Below are positions 1-9,419 of a stretch of 64,000 bases of DNA, piece after piece. Source of the DNA: Candidatus Bathyarchaeota archaeon (lineage in GTDB: Archaea > Thermoproteota > Bathyarchaeia > Bathyarchaeales > Bathycorpusculaceae); the NCBI GenBank assembly GCA_963818655.1, contig CAWFTD010000019.1:109332-173331 (forward strand), read 5' to 3'. The translations under genes were made by a program, and so were the position numbers. The first letter of the stretch is position 1; every line of letters begins with the position of its first letter. The notes beneath the pieces are model-generated. The model saw only the letters and a list, made by a program, of their open reading frames with translations, ran no database searches and was not told the origin of the DNA.

Positions 1-170
1 GATCAAAGCAAGTAACCTATTCAAACAAAAAACAATATTTTTAGGAGCAGAAATCTTTATCCATTTCAAAGGATAGGTAACAATTGAAATACTCTTACAA
101 CTCAAGCAACCAAGAGTTGTATAAATTTCTTTTTCAGAGGTTGCGCTTACTTTTGCGTTTTTGATGGTAA

Positions 171-180
171 CGTTTATAAC
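171..180 (+). promoter_or_regulatory. putative TATA box of the rpl3 operon
   Basis: TTTATA at 173-178, about 40 nt upstream of the rpl3 ATG. Confidence 0.4.
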
Positions 181-219
181 TTAACCTACTATTTTGTAAA
201 GGCGCGAAGCGGAAGTACT

Positions 220-1236
220 ATGGGACATCGAAAAACTCATGCTCCAAAACATGGTTCATTAGCCTATTTGCCAAGGCACCGTGCGAAGAAACCAACAGCA
301 CGCATCAGATACTGGCCAGAAATTAAGTCAGAATCTCCTAAATTACTTGGTTATTCAGCAGCCTACAAGGCAGGCATGACTTATGTATTCACTATCGAGG
401 ATCGTAAGCGTTCTCCTCATTTTGGAAAAGAAGTTGCTCGAGCAGCAACCATACTAGAAACGCCACCTATACTTGTGTGTGGCATTAGAACTTATACTAA
501 AACACCATACGGGCTCCAAAATATATCAGAAGCTTGGATGAAAGACCCACCAGCCATACTAGACCGAAAACTGGTTTTGCCGGACAACTTCAACACTGAA
601 GCAATGCTTGAGAAACTCTCGCAAAACCTCGAACAAACAAACATAGTTCGAGTCATTGCTGCCTCACAACCATCACAAACTAGCCTTTCAAAGAAGAAAC
701 CTGAAACAAGCGAAATCCAAATCGGCGGTGGAACAATCGCCCAACAATTCGAATATGCGAAACAACTTTTAGGAAAAACCGTAACACCTGAAGAAGTCTT
801 CAAAGATGGACAATACATCGACGTCGGCGGAATTACCGTCGGTAAAGGTTTCCAAGGTCCAGTTAAACGTTGGGGAGTAACTTGCCTGCAGCATAAAGGC
901 AGAAAAACCAAACGAGGCATCGCCACTTTAGGTCCCTGGAATCCCCATCACTTAATGTACTCTATTCCAAGAGCAGGACAGATGGGTTATCATCAACGCA
1001 TCGAATTCAATAAACGTATACTAAAAATCGGCAAAAACGGCAAAGAAGTCACCGTTAAAGGCGGTTTCATCCGTTACGGCGAAGTAAACGGACCCTACAT
1101 CCTAATGGAAGGCAGCATACCTGGAACAGAAAAACGCCAAATCCGACTAAGAGTTCCTGCACGTCCACCCACCGAAACACCCGAAGCAGCACCACAAGTA
1201 ACATATATCTCACTGGAGTCCCCACAAGGAAAATAA
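220..1236 (+). CDS. rpl3: 50S ribosomal protein L3
   Basis: N-terminal HAPKHGSLAYLPR, YKAGMT, GKGFQGPVKRWG and PRAGQMGYHQR motifs. Confidence 0.98.
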   Translation: MGHRKTHAPKHGSLAYLPRHRAKKPTARIRYWPEIKSESPKLLGYSAAYKAGMTYVFTIEDRKRSPHFGKEVARAATILETPPILVCGIRTYTKTPYGLQNISEAWMKDPPAILDRKLVLPDNFNTEAMLEKLSQNLEQTNIVRVIAASQPSQTSLSKKKPETSEIQIGGGTIAQQFEYAKQLLGKTVTPEEVFKDGQYIDVGGITVGKGFQGPVKRWGVTCLQHKGRKTKRGIATLGPWNPHHLMYSIPRAGQMGYHQRIEFNKRILKIGKNGKEVTVKGGFIRYGEVNGPYILMEGSIPGTEKRQIRLRVPARPPTETPEAAPQVTYISLESPQGK

Positions 1237-1249
1237 GGTGAAATAAGCC

Positions 1250-2029
1250 ATGGCACAAAAAACAGCAGAAATCTTTGACTTACAAGGCAAAGCAACAGGC
1301 AAAATTGCGCTTCCAAGCGTTTTCTCTACACCCCTAAGACCAGATGTGATTAAACGCGCCGTCTTAGCTATTCAATCAAACAGAAGACAAAAGCAGGGCA
1401 GAGACCCAATGGCTGGAAAGAAAACAACCGCAGAATCACGCGGAACCGGCAGCGCAACCGCAAGAGTTCCACGCATGAAAAGCGGCGCAGGTCGAGCAGC
1501 CTTTGCTCCAAGCACTGTTAAAGGTAGACAACCCCATCCGCCAAGAGCCGAAAAAAGGATATTGCGTGCAATTCCAAAGAAGGAAGCAAAATTAGCTTTA
1601 ACTTCCGCTATCGCAGCCACTGCACAAAAAGAAACCGTAACTTCTAGAGGACACAAAATCGGTAGTGTTCCACAGTTTCCGTTAGTTGTTGAAGATGTTT
1701 TTGAAGGGTTAACGAAGTCAAAAGAAGTCGAAGAAGCATTAACAAGCCTCGGCGTAGCTGAGGACTTAACCCGCGTACGTGATAGCCGCAGCATAAGAGC
1801 AGGAAAAGGCAAGCGTAGAGGCAGAAAAATGAAGCAAGCCGTTGGGCCACTCATCGTAGTTGTCAACGGAAAAAACTTAGTTAACGCAGCCAGCAACCTT
1901 CCAGGTGTAGAAGTCACAACCGTGGCTAACCTTAACACTGAAATGCTTGCACCAGGAACCCACCCAGGACGATTAACTGTTTGGACTAATGGCGCTATCG
2001 AAAAATTAAACGCACTTTATGGAGAATAA
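1250..2029 (+). CDS. rpl4: 50S ribosomal protein L4
   Basis: RPDVIKRA, TTAESRGTG..ARVPR, RAGKGKRRGR and LAPGTHPGRLTVWT motifs. Confidence 0.98.
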   Translation: MAQKTAEIFDLQGKATGKIALPSVFSTPLRPDVIKRAVLAIQSNRRQKQGRDPMAGKKTTAESRGTGSATARVPRMKSGAGRAAFAPSTVKGRQPHPPRAEKRILRAIPKKEAKLALTSAIAATAQKETVTSRGHKIGSVPQFPLVVEDVFEGLTKSKEVEEALTSLGVAEDLTRVRDSRSIRAGKGKRRGRKMKQAVGPLIVVVNGKNLVNAASNLPGVEVTTVANLNTEMLAPGTHPGRLTVWTNGAIEKLNALYGE

Positions 2030-2034
2030 TTCTA

Positions 2035-2295
2035 ATGGACATTAATGATATAATCTCTTTTCCGTTAATGACAGAATCCGCAAGCGTAATGGTTGAGCGA
2101 GACAACAAACTAATCTTCATAGTTAATCTCAAAGCAGGCAAAACCGACGTTAAACGCGCTGTTGAGACTCTCTACGAAGTTAAAGTCAGCAAAATAAACA
2201 TGCTCATTACTCCTCAAGGCGTAAAAAAAGCTTTCGTGAAGCTAAAACCAGAATTCAAAGCTTCAGACGTTGCAATTAAACTTGGAATACTCTAA
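2035..2295 (+). CDS. rpl23: 50S ribosomal protein L23
   Basis: PLMTE, NKLIFIV, KKAFVKL motifs; operon position. Confidence 0.97.
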   Translation: MDINDIISFPLMTESASVMVERDNKLIFIVNLKAGKTDVKRAVETLYEVKVSKINMLITPQGVKKAFVKLKPEFKASDVAIKLGIL

Positions 2296-2315
2296 ACATA
2301 TAGAAGGCATGACTT

Positions 2316-3056
2316 ATGGGAAAACGAATTCGCGTTCAAAGAAGGGGTCGCGGTGGAAGAAACTTCCGCGCCAATACTCACAAACGGGTTGCTCCAGCAA
2401 AGTATCCTGCAATAGCCCCAAAACAATCTTTTGAAGCTTCAATAATGGGCACCATTACGGAACTCGTACACGATCCAGGACGCGGCGCACCACTATCAAT
2501 AGTCAAATTCGAGAACGGATTATCCATTTACACAGTTGTTCCTGAAGGCGTTTTCACTGGACAACAAATTTGCTATGGCGGAAAAGCTCCAGCTGAAATA
2601 GGCAACATTATTCCACTGGGAAAAGTTCCAGAAGGAACTATCGTTTGCGATCTTGAGCTTCGTCCAGGTGACGGAGGAAAAATGGCAAAGTCTTCAGGTG
2701 CATACGCAACTGTCGTTGGTCACACTCCACAAGGCACTATGATTCGGTTGCCTTCAGGACGCACACGATACGTTGACGATTACTGTTTATCGACTGTTGG
2801 TGTAATCTCTGCTTCTGGACGCATTGAGAAGCCATTCCTGAAAGCAGGCGCAAAATTCCACTTAATGAAAGCAAAAGGTCACACATACCCAAGAACTAGC
2901 GGCCGCAAAATGGTTCCAGCTTGTCACCCATTCGGAAGCAGCAAACGTAGCGCTCGCAGATGCACAACAACTTCACACGGCGCACCGCCAGGACAGAAAG
3001 TCGGATTGATCGCTGCCAGAGGTCCAGGACAAAAGAAGAAACGAGCGATACGCTAA
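2316..3056 (+). CDS. rpl2: 50S ribosomal protein L2
   Basis: MGKRIRVQRRGRG, HDPGRGAP, ELRPGDGGK and APPGQKVGLIAAR motifs. Confidence 0.98.
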   Translation: MGKRIRVQRRGRGGRNFRANTHKRVAPAKYPAIAPKQSFEASIMGTITELVHDPGRGAPLSIVKFENGLSIYTVVPEGVFTGQQICYGGKAPAEIGNIIPLGKVPEGTIVCDLELRPGDGGKMAKSSGAYATVVGHTPQGTMIRLPSGRTRYVDDYCLSTVGVISASGRIEKPFLKAGAKFHLMKAKGHTYPRTSGRKMVPACHPFGSSKRSARRCTTTSHGAPPGQKVGLIAARGPGQKKKRAIR

Positions 3057-3101
3057 GGAAACTATAATAGAGGATAAGAACAAGTTTAGGAAAGATGAAA
3101 A

Positions 3102-3506
3102 ATGCCGAAAGAATTTAGCTACCGTGGACACAGCCTCAACAGCTTAACAAGCATGTCTATGGATGAATTCATCAATTTACTTCCCTCACGCCAACGCAGA
3201 AGCCTACAACGCGGACTAACACCAGAACAACGCATACTACTCGAAAAACTACGCGAAGCCAAAGAAGCCCAAAAAGAGGGTAAAGATGGCAGTCTAAAAA
3301 CACATGTCCGAGACCTAATCATCTTACCAGAGATGGTTGGCGCAAAAATTGCTGTTCACAACGGTAAAGAATTCGTCGCCATGGAAATCAGGCCAGAAAT
3401 GATCGGTCACTACCTTGGAGAATTCGCAATAACCAACAAACCAGTTAGGCATGGAACTCCAGGTATCGGTGCGTCGCGTTCATCAATGTATGTGCCACTC
3501 AAATAG
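3102..3506 (+). CDS. rps19: 30S ribosomal protein S19
   Basis: [21 protein letters not shown] and MIGHYLGEF motifs. Confidence 0.98.
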   Translation: MPKEFSYRGHSLNSLTSMSMDEFINLLPSRQRRSLQRGLTPEQRILLEKLREAKEAQKEGKDGSLKTHVRDLIILPEMVGAKIAVHNGKEFVAMEIRPEMIGHYLGEFAITNKPVRHGTPGIGASRSSMYVPLK

Positions 3507-3508
3507 AT

Positions 3509-3535
3509 CATTTTCTTTATTTATTTTCTTTTTCA
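3509..3535 (+). terminator. oligo(T) archaeal terminator after rps19
   Basis: T-rich tract cattttctttatattttttctttttc directly after the stop codon. Confidence 0.5.
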
Positions 3536-3642
3536 ATCAATTGAGATTTCACTAAACCTATTTTTTCGTTTATCTGATTTAGTGAAGGTCAGTTACGAAT
3601 CTGCGGCGTTGGGCGCCTTCTTTTGAGCCTTATGTTTCTTGA

Positions 3643-4089
3643 ATGAGCGGTTTTCCGGGAGAAACAGACAAGGATTTGGCTGAAACTTTTAATTTGATGG
3701 ACGAATTAAAAAAAGTTAACCCTGAGACGCAGCATTTCAGGCATATTGGTCTACACGCCTTTTCTGAGTCCCGTCATGAAATATTTGCCCTCAGAATATA
3801 CGCCGCCGCAGTCATCTTGCACGCATGTTGGGATGGCATTGAAGTTTTTCAATTCAGTCCTCCTTGGCACAGCAAAAAGCAAATAGAAAAACTGCATGCA
3901 ATTTCCGCAGTTGCACGCTGTGCATTCTACCCGAAATCAAGGATTAAAGATCGGGCTTTAGCTTTCAGATTTGCTTACGGATTATTGAATAGGGTTGCAA
4001 GATACCGATGGCAACAACGTTACTTTGGTTTTTCGGTTGAATTAAAAATTGCTGATGCGGTAGCACGGAAGTTTAAGGGGTTCCTTTAA
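3643..4089 (+). pseudogene. C-terminal remnant of a B12-binding-type radical SAM protein
   Basis: MSGFPGET.KDL.ET matches the late-barrel GFPGET motif of radical SAM enzymes; no CxxxCxxC or N-terminal domains upstream. Confidence 0.6.
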
Positions 4090-4514
4090 GCACTATAATC
4101 TCTTCCCTCAGGCTTTGTGCTGATAGGTTTTCCTCCCTCAGGGATTTGCGGCAACGGAATAGGCGGTGGAATATTCAAAGTTCTCGAAATCAAGACTGAC
4201 TCGATAAAGACAACATTTGAAATTGATTGAATTATTATTTGGGCTGGAGGCTTTTTCTGTTCATAGTCTTTGAGTACTTTGTCAACTTCGCCTTTTTCAC
4301 CGTTCACATAAGCAATTCCCTTAAGGCTCATCTGAGCTATTGAAGGGTTGTAAACAATTGATAGAACAAAAGGTACTTCCAAAGATTCGTCCTGTTTCTT
4401 TTCCATACCCACAACATTAATGTTAGTACTAATTTGAATGGGCGGGATCGGTTTTCGAATATCCCAGAAACGTTCTGCCGAAACACTTGTTATAACTACG
4501 TTTACTCTAAGCAT
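4086..4514 (-). CDS. conserved archaeal hypothetical protein (possible SecB-like beta-alpha fold)
   Basis: 142-aa ORF downstream of rps27ae; beta-strand pattern followed by a helix and the NIPPPIPLP motif. Confidence 0.75.
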   Translation of the reverse strand: MLRVNVVITSVSAERFWDIRKPIPPIQISTNINVVGMEKKQDESLEVPFVLSIVYNPSIAQMSLKGIAYVNGEKGEVDKVLKDYEQKKPPAQIIIQSISNVVFIESVLISRTLNIPPPIPLPQIPEGGKPISTKPEGRDYSA

Positions 4515-4566
4515 GTTAGGTCAAAAAAGAATAATTGCTGTGGGGAGATTTAAAACTGCTTACAGT

Positions 4567-4860
4567 TTACTTCGGCTTGTAGCGTGTAAAGCCACAGTGT
4601 CCACAAGTATACCTGTCATGGTGATCTCCCATGAAGTATCCCGGTCCACACCGTTCGCATGTTGGCCGTGCTCTAGAAACTTTTTCGCCTTCGGCTTTGT
4701 ACATTGCATGGACGCCTTTCTCTTCTTTGTGTTTTTTCTCACGTTTCTTCTCTGGCTTTGCTGATTTTGCTACATTTGCTGCTTCTGTGGCGGCTGTTGG
4801 TTTTGCCTCTTCTTTCTTTGCTGGTTCTTCTTTCTTGGGTGCTGATTTAGCTGGTGGCAT
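4567..4860 (-). CDS. rps27ae: 30S ribosomal protein S27ae with N-terminal low-complexity extension
   Basis: CERCGPGYFMGDHHDRYTCGHCGFT zinc ribbon; follows rps24e. Confidence 0.95.
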   Translation of the reverse strand: MPPAKSAPKKEEPAKKEEAKPTAATEAANVAKSAKPEKKREKKHKEEKGVHAMYKAEGEKVSRARPTCERCGPGYFMGDHHDRYTCGHCGFTRYKPK

Positions 4861-5168
4861 TATGCGGTCGCCTCTTTGGGTTTTTCAGGTGGACTGTTAC
4901 GTTTTCTGATGTATTCTGGTTCAACGATTTTTGCTTGATTAACGGATTGGTAAACGTTTGCAACTCCAACGGTTATGCTTGTTCCTGTTTTTGTGTGCAT
5001 TCTTTTAATAAAAACTACGTCGTCGCCTAATTGCATTTCAACGGCTACGGCTTTCTTTACATCTAACCTTTTTGGAGTTTTCTCTTTTGGACCCGAAACA
5101 ATTGTGAAACCTACTTCTTTCCGTTTTAGAAGCGCATTATTCTTGGTTGAATCTATTTTGACTTGCAT
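4860..5168 (-). CDS. rps24e: 30S ribosomal protein S24e
   Basis: NALLKRKEV, TPKR and EPEYIRKRN motifs; synteny. Confidence 0.95.
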   Translation of the reverse strand: MQVKIDSTKNNALLKRKEVGFTIVSGPKEKTPKRLDVKKAVAVEMQLGDDVVFIKRMHTKTGTSITVGVANVYQSVNQAKIVEPEYIRKRNSPPEKPKEATA

Positions 5169-5211
5169 TAATGTTCACTTAAGGCGTAAATTCATACAAT
5201 ATTCTTCTTAT

Positions 5212-5739
5212 TTAGCTTTTCGAAGATTTCATGGCTTTTAGGTACTCCTTCACTTGGGCTTTTTTCTCAGATGTAGCTTTGATGACCACAATCCCCGAAT
5301 GTGGCTGCCCATAAACGATAAAAGCTTTTTCTGGAGCATATAAAACCGCTATGAGAGTTAACAAATCTTCCTCGCCCCTCACAACTATGTGAGTGTGTTC
5401 GCCGCTTTCCAAGGCATCTTCGATGGCAATGATTGCTTCCTTTGTTATCGTGCCCTGAGGATTCTCAACATAGACCGTTTTTTCTACCGCCTCTTCTTGG
5501 GGCATTGGTTGGTCTCTTTGAGAAATATTATCGATGATTGAGACTTGAGGATGAAAATTGTATAAATGCAGGTTACGGGATACAACATCTCCCACTGAAA
5601 TTATCCTGGATGGCTTTTCTGATTCTACCAACCCTTTCATCTTGACCATCGTTTGGTCAGGTGACCCTTGAATTAGATTTCCAAAGGGGTCTTTGAGTTT
5701 TTTTCGCAGCTCAGGCGTCAGAATGTACGCTAAAGTCAT
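5212..5739 (-). CDS. GTP-dependent dephospho-CoA kinase (DUF359 family)
   Basis: LRKKLKDPFG, VGDVVS, NPQGTIT, GEEDLL and YGQP motifs; start placed at ATG 5739. Confidence 0.9.
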   Translation of the reverse strand: MTLAYILTPELRKKLKDPFGNLIQGSPDQTMVKMKGLVESEKPSRIISVGDVVSRNLHLYNFHPQVSIIDNISQRDQPMPQEEAVEKTVYVENPQGTITKEAIIAIEDALESGEHTHIVVRGEEDLLTLIAVLYAPEKAFIVYGQPHSGIVVIKATSEKKAQVKEYLKAMKSSKS

Positions 5740-5802
5740 CTTTCGAACCTGTAAAATAGGAAATGCTGGGTAGGTTATGAAGCTACCGCGATGCAAAAAA
5801 GA

Positions 5803-5988
5803 TTAGCGTACTTTTAGTGCGTATCGGCCTTTCTCTTTAATATTCATGGCTTTTGCGATAGCCGATGTCTCAGGATCAAACATAACCACTAAACCACTGA
5901 AATCTTCACTAAAGTTGGTTGATTTGCACCTTGAGCAAACATTATCTTTAGTTATGAAATGACAGTTTGTACATGATTTTTCGCTCAT
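5803..5988 (-). CDS. spt4: transcription elongation factor Spt4 (RpoE'')
   Basis: CxxC..CxxC, DPETSAIAK and GRYALKVR motifs. Confidence 0.96.
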   Translation of the reverse strand: MSEKSCTNCHFITKDNVCSRCKSTNFSEDFSGLVVMFDPETSAIAKAMNIKEKGRYALKVR

Positions 5989-6003
5989 TCAAATCAATCC
6001 TCT

Positions 6004-6591
6004 TTACGCTGCTTTCTCAGGACTCTCAGTAGACTTCTTCTCGATTCCTTTGGCTTGATCCATCTTTAACCAATCTAACTTACCAAGGAATGGCTGTCTT
6101 GCGGTGACACCGATTTTGCCTGAACTTCCAATTCTGCCCAAAGACACTGCTGTTATTCTGACACGGACTTGGTCACCTGTGGTTAGTCTACGTTTACTTT
6201 CTTTTCCTAAAAGGACGCCTTGCTTCTCATCATAAGAAATATAGTCGTCCATAAGTTGGGAAACATGAAGCAACGCGTCGACTGGTCCGATTCGAACGAA
6301 CGCGCCGAAATCAGCGATTTCAACCACATCTCCCTCAACGATTTCCTGAATAATCGGGTAGAATGCTAACAGGGAAAAGGTTACTTTATGGAAAGTTGCA
6401 CCGTCTCCAGGTATAATTTTTCCAATGGGGCTAACTTCTATACCTGTAACTGCAATAACGTATCCTAATTCTTCATCCACGATTCCCTCGTACTTTTGCT
6501 TAACTTGTTCACGGCCAACTTTTTCAAGTGGCTTGCCGAAGGTTTCAGGCGGAATGCGAATAGTATCCTGAAGAGTAATCAATTTAAACAT
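6004..6591 (-). CDS. rpoE1: RNA polymerase subunit Rpo7 (RpoE')
   Basis: IRIPP, IIPGDGA and S1 domain FGAFVRIGPVDALLHVSQ. Confidence 0.97.
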   Translation of the reverse strand: MFKLITLQDTIRIPPETFGKPLEKVGREQVKQKYEGIVDEELGYVIAVTGIEVSPIGKIIPGDGATFHKVTFSLLAFYPIIQEIVEGDVVEIADFGAFVRIGPVDALLHVSQLMDDYISYDEKQGVLLGKESKRRLTTGDQVRVRITAVSLGRIGSSGKIGVTARQPFLGKLDWLKMDQAKGIEKKSTESPEKAA

Positions 6592-7020
6592 CTAAGATAT
6601 CATCCCGTCAATGTCCAGACGCGATTTTTGTCTCACATAAATCACTGGGACACTTATATCTCTTAGCTTCTTTTTTAGTTGTCTATCATTCGTAAACACA
6701 GGCGAATTCCAGTTCTTAGCTATCTTAACGATGGCATCGTCAGTAGCTAATTTTTCGTCGTTTTCAAGGGGCACCAACTTGCATTTTTCAGTAAGTTTCA
6801 ACGCGAAAAAAGCTTCACGTCTAATCTTAGGCGAATCCTTAGCTGCGAGCAATTCAAGCTCACGTTTAACGGTTGAGAGCAAAACAAACTCTACATTCCT
6901 ATTCAACAACTGCTTTAACTCTTCAAAAATGTCAATCTTAAACTCAAGAGGAACGAACAAGGCGTTGGAATCTAAAATTACCTTTATAGGTTGTTTTTTT
7001 TTAGGCGTTGAATCCGACAC
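6592..7020 (-). CDS. PIN-domain nuclease (Fcf1/Utp24-like rRNA processing)
   Basis: ILDSN, VKREL, TDDAI and TNDRQLKKK PIN acidic motifs; synteny with rpoE1. Confidence 0.9.
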   Translation of the reverse strand: MSDSTPKKKQPIKVILDSNALFVPLEFKIDIFEELKQLLNRNVEFVLLSTVKRELELLAAKDSPKIRREAFFALKLTEKCKLVPLENDEKLATDDAIVKIAKNWNSPVFTNDRQLKKKLRDISVPVIYVRQKSRLDIDGMIS

Positions 7021-7141
7021 TTGGCAAGGCTCCTTGTTTCGATAAGGTTAAATTTACTGGCTTAAAAAATTTTGTTTTATTGCTCTTAGTGAAAGTTGCT
7101 ATTACTTTAAATAACTGAATAAATGATTTGAACACAGTCAG

Positions 7142-7582
7142 GTGAATGTAGTGATTCGCGAGAAATCATGCGGCGCTGTCGTATTCCTAAACAAGGAGGA
7201 ACAAACAAAGTATCTTCTCCTCAACTATGCAGGCGGCCACTGGGATTTCGTCAAGGGCAACGTTGAACCCAAAGAAAACGAAAAAGAAACCGTTCTGCGC
7301 GAACTCAAAGAAGAAACAGCCATAACTGACGCCCAATTCATCGATGATTTCAAAGAAACTATAGCTTATTTCTATCGAAGACAAGGTTTAACAGTTCATA
7401 AGGAAGTCGTGTTTTTTGTGATGAAATCGCCTACGGAAAAGGTCGAGTTGTCCTTCGAGCACATAGGCTACATTTGGCTGGATTATACTCGTGCCATGGA
7501 AAAATTAACCTTCAAAAACGCTAGAGATGTATTGCAGAAGGCGCATGATTTCTTAAAGAAACAAAAAATAATAAAAGATTGA
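7142..7582 (+). CDS. NUDIX hydrolase, asymmetrical Ap4A hydrolase-like
   Basis: EKSCGAVVF, HWDFVKG..E..E..ETVLRELKEET Nudix box, LSFEH. Confidence 0.9.
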   Translation: MNVVIREKSCGAVVFLNKEEQTKYLLLNYAGGHWDFVKGNVEPKENEKETVLRELKEETAITDAQFIDDFKETIAYFYRRQGLTVHKEVVFFVMKSPTEKVELSFEHIGYIWLDYTRAMEKLTFKNARDVLQKAHDFLKKQKIIKD

Positions 7583-7586
7583 GCGT

Positions 7587-8834
7587 TTACTTTACGAGCC
7601 CGTATCCGATGAGTCTCCATCGGGCAGTGATCTTTCTGCTGATGGCAACTCTTGACCCTGGTAACGCACAAATTGGTCTTGTCAACTTTACTTTAATTAT
7701 ATTCTGCTTGATTGAAATTACTTTACCAACGTTCACAGCGGAACCGACGTGGAGCAGTAGAGCTTCGTCGGGGTTGATTTTTTCAACCTTCAAAAGTTCT
7801 TTGGTTCCGACGGCGCGTTCCAGAACATGAGTTTCAAGCGTGAGTTCTGTTAGGGTTGGTGGAAGTTGTCCTGTTTTTCCTGCAATGCTGCCTGTTAAAC
7901 CATCTGCTTTGGAGTATGATGGGTCAAGGCATGTTCCTACACCGACTAAGCCGCCGCATGTGGCTTCCTTTACGCTTTCATTACCTGCTTGGAGGCTGAC
8001 TATTTCGCTGATTAAGGGGTCGTAGATTGTTTTGCCTTCCCGCTCAGCCATAACGCCTGGGCGGATTTCTATTTCTTCGCCGACCGCAAACTTCCCCTGG
8101 GCTATGGTTCCTCCGATGATGCCGCCTTCTAACCCTTCGAGGGTTGTTCCTGGCTTGTTAATGTCGAATGAGCGTATAATGAACATCATGGGTGACTTAG
8201 TTTCGTCTCTTATAGGTGTGGGGATGATTGTTTGTATTGCTGTTAGTAGTACGTCGATGTTTATTCCCCGTTGGGCGGAGATTGGAATAATCGGAGCTTT
8301 TTCTGCTACTGTGCCTTTGATGAAGACTTTGATTTCTTTGTAGCTTTCAATTGCTCTTTTCTCATCCACAATGTCGATTTTGTTCTGAACAATGATTAGG
8401 TTCTTTATACCGCTGACTTCTGCGGCCGCAAGGTGTTCTCGGGTTTGTGGTTGGGGACATGGTTCATCCGCTGCGATGACTAATATGGCACCATCCATGA
8501 TTGCTGCGCCGGATAACATCGTAGCCATCAAAGCTTCGTGTCCTGGTGCGTCGACAAAGCTTATGGCGCGGACAAATTCTGCTTCAGAATGGCAGCCTTC
8601 ACAATAAGGTTTGATTGTGAAGTTTTTTGGCGGTTCACATTTGGGGCATTTGTAGATGGGCATATCGGCGTAGCCGAGTTTTATTGTGATGCCCCGTTTG
8701 AGTTCTTCACTGTGACGTGACGCCCAGGTTCCAGTTAACGATTGAACCAAAGTGGTTTTTCCATGGTCTACATGTCCAATTGTGCCAATGTTGACTTCTG
8801 GTTGCTTAGGCAAGGCTTTAGTATTGTCACTCAT
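7587..8834 (-). CDS. eif2g: translation initiation factor aIF2 subunit gamma
   Basis: GHVDHGKT, HSEELKRGITIKLGYA, DAPGHE, QTREH, NKID and RWRLIG motifs. Confidence 0.98.
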   Translation of the reverse strand: MSDNTKALPKQPEVNIGTIGHVDHGKTTLVQSLTGTWASRHSEELKRGITIKLGYADMPIYKCPKCEPPKNFTIKPYCEGCHSEAEFVRAISFVDAPGHEALMATMLSGAAIMDGAILVIAADEPCPQPQTREHLAAAEVSGIKNLIIVQNKIDIVDEKRAIESYKEIKVFIKGTVAEKAPIIPISAQRGINIDVLLTAIQTIIPTPIRDETKSPMMFIIRSFDINKPGTTLEGLEGGIIGGTIAQGKFAVGEEIEIRPGVMAEREGKTIYDPLISEIVSLQAGNESVKEATCGGLVGVGTCLDPSYSKADGLTGSIAGKTGQLPPTLTELTLETHVLERAVGTKELLKVEKINPDEALLLHVGSAVNVGKVISIKQNIIKVKLTRPICALPGSRVAISRKITARWRLIGYGLVK

Positions 8835-8929
8835 ACGATTCTTCTTCTTTCCAATAAATACTAATGAATAAAGGATGAATTAATTATGGAAGTTTATAAG
8901 GTTTAAGCATTCACTAAAGAAAATTGCGA

Positions 8930-9319
8930 TTATTTCGCAGTTTGTTCCGTCTTAGCTTCAGCAGGCTTGGCTGGTCTTTCAACAATTTTCATGTTGATCT
9001 GAACAATTTCGTCGGTAATTACGTTTCCACGGACAGTTTTGCGTTTTCTTTCCCCGCTATTCTTTGGGATGAAACCTGCTCCGCCACTAAGTACCACTCT
9101 CCTTCGTACACCGCCATGAACGTTTCCCCTCATGGGAACGCCATCTTTGTCGGATCCGCCTAGAATTTGTACTGTGTGTGCAGGTAAATCTACTGCTGAA
9201 CCGTCTAATGTTTCTCCAAGTCTTCTGCCTATGAATGGAGCTGCGCGTGCTTCTTCGAGCTCTACCACTTTGGATGTTCCAGCTTGGGGATCGGAAACTA
9301 TTACCTTAAACTTCGCCAT
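8930..9319 (-). CDS. rps6e: 30S ribosomal protein S6e
   Basis: FKVIVSDP, GGSDKDGVPM and GERKRKTVRGN motifs. Confidence 0.97.
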   Translation of the reverse strand: MAKFKVIVSDPQAGTSKVVELEEARAAPFIGRRLGETLDGSAVDLPAHTVQILGGSDKDGVPMRGNVHGGVRRRVVLSGGAGFIPKNSGERKRKTVRGNVITDEIVQINMKIVERPAKPAEAKTEQTAK

Positions 9320-9419
9320 GATTTTGTCTCCAGCGGAGTATGAAATTGGGTGCTCTCTCTATTAAGGATTTATGAATTTTTTTATAGCAGAAGCCTGCTT
9401 TTAAGCGAGTTTAAATTTT

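Noticed and set aside
70-90. GTAACAATTGAAAT resembles the 3' end of a CRISPR repeat
   Set aside because: Single occurrence, no regularly spaced repeats and no cas genes in the window
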